Source of the DNA: the human T2T-CHM13v2.0 reference genome, Homo sapiens | Strand: one strand, 5' to 3' | Assembly (NCBI RefSeq): GCF_009914755.1 | Contig: NC_060947.1 | Length of the DNA stretch: 64,000 nucleotides | Part shown: piece after piece, positions 63,902-64,000 of the stretch | Numbering within the stretch: the stretch's first letter is position 1 | Layout: each line of letters begins with the position of its first letter | Made by a program: the position numbers and the translations under genes | The notes under the pieces: model-generated | Databases searched by the model: none | What the model was told of the DNA's origin: nothing | The model's input: the letters and a program-made list of their open reading frames with translations, nothing else

Positions 63902-64000
63902 TTTTCTTTTTTGAGACAGGTTTCTGCTCCATCACCCAGGCTGGAGTATAGTGGCGTGATCATGGCTCACTGCAGCCTCAATCTCCCGGACTCAAGTGAT
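63902..64000 (-). mobile_element. AluJ 3' part, runs off the window end
   Basis: ttttgagacagg...cccaggctggagtatagtggcgtgatcatggctcactgcagcctc. Confidence 0.9.

Overview
Primate (most likely human) non-coding genomic DNA, dominated by transposable elements. It contains AluJ/S/Y copies, a full-length L1PA (L1PA5-7-like), L1PB, L1MA/MB/MC/ME, L2, L3/CR1, MIR, MaLR LTRs, an ERVL remnant, full-length Tigger1, Tigger2a and hAT-Charlie elements. The only gene-derived sequence I recognise is a processed KRT18 pseudogene (~6704-7759). It is inserted into an L1 3' end and cut off at its 3' side with no poly(A), no right TSD and no resumption of the host L1. I can support no intact protein-coding gene, RNA gene or novel multi-gene system; most ORFs in the track are TE fragments or chance ORFs. 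The most unusual signals are: (i) the KRT18P deletion junction and the chimeric ORF it creates; (ii) a 2.2-kb cluster of inverted repeats that look templated (28791-31019), including a 134-bp hairpin inside Tigger1; (iii) a CpG-enriched unique island with promoter motifs and splice donors (~39760-40125); (iv) an AluY without TSDs. Repeat subfamily names are from recalled consensus features and need RepeatMasker confirmation.
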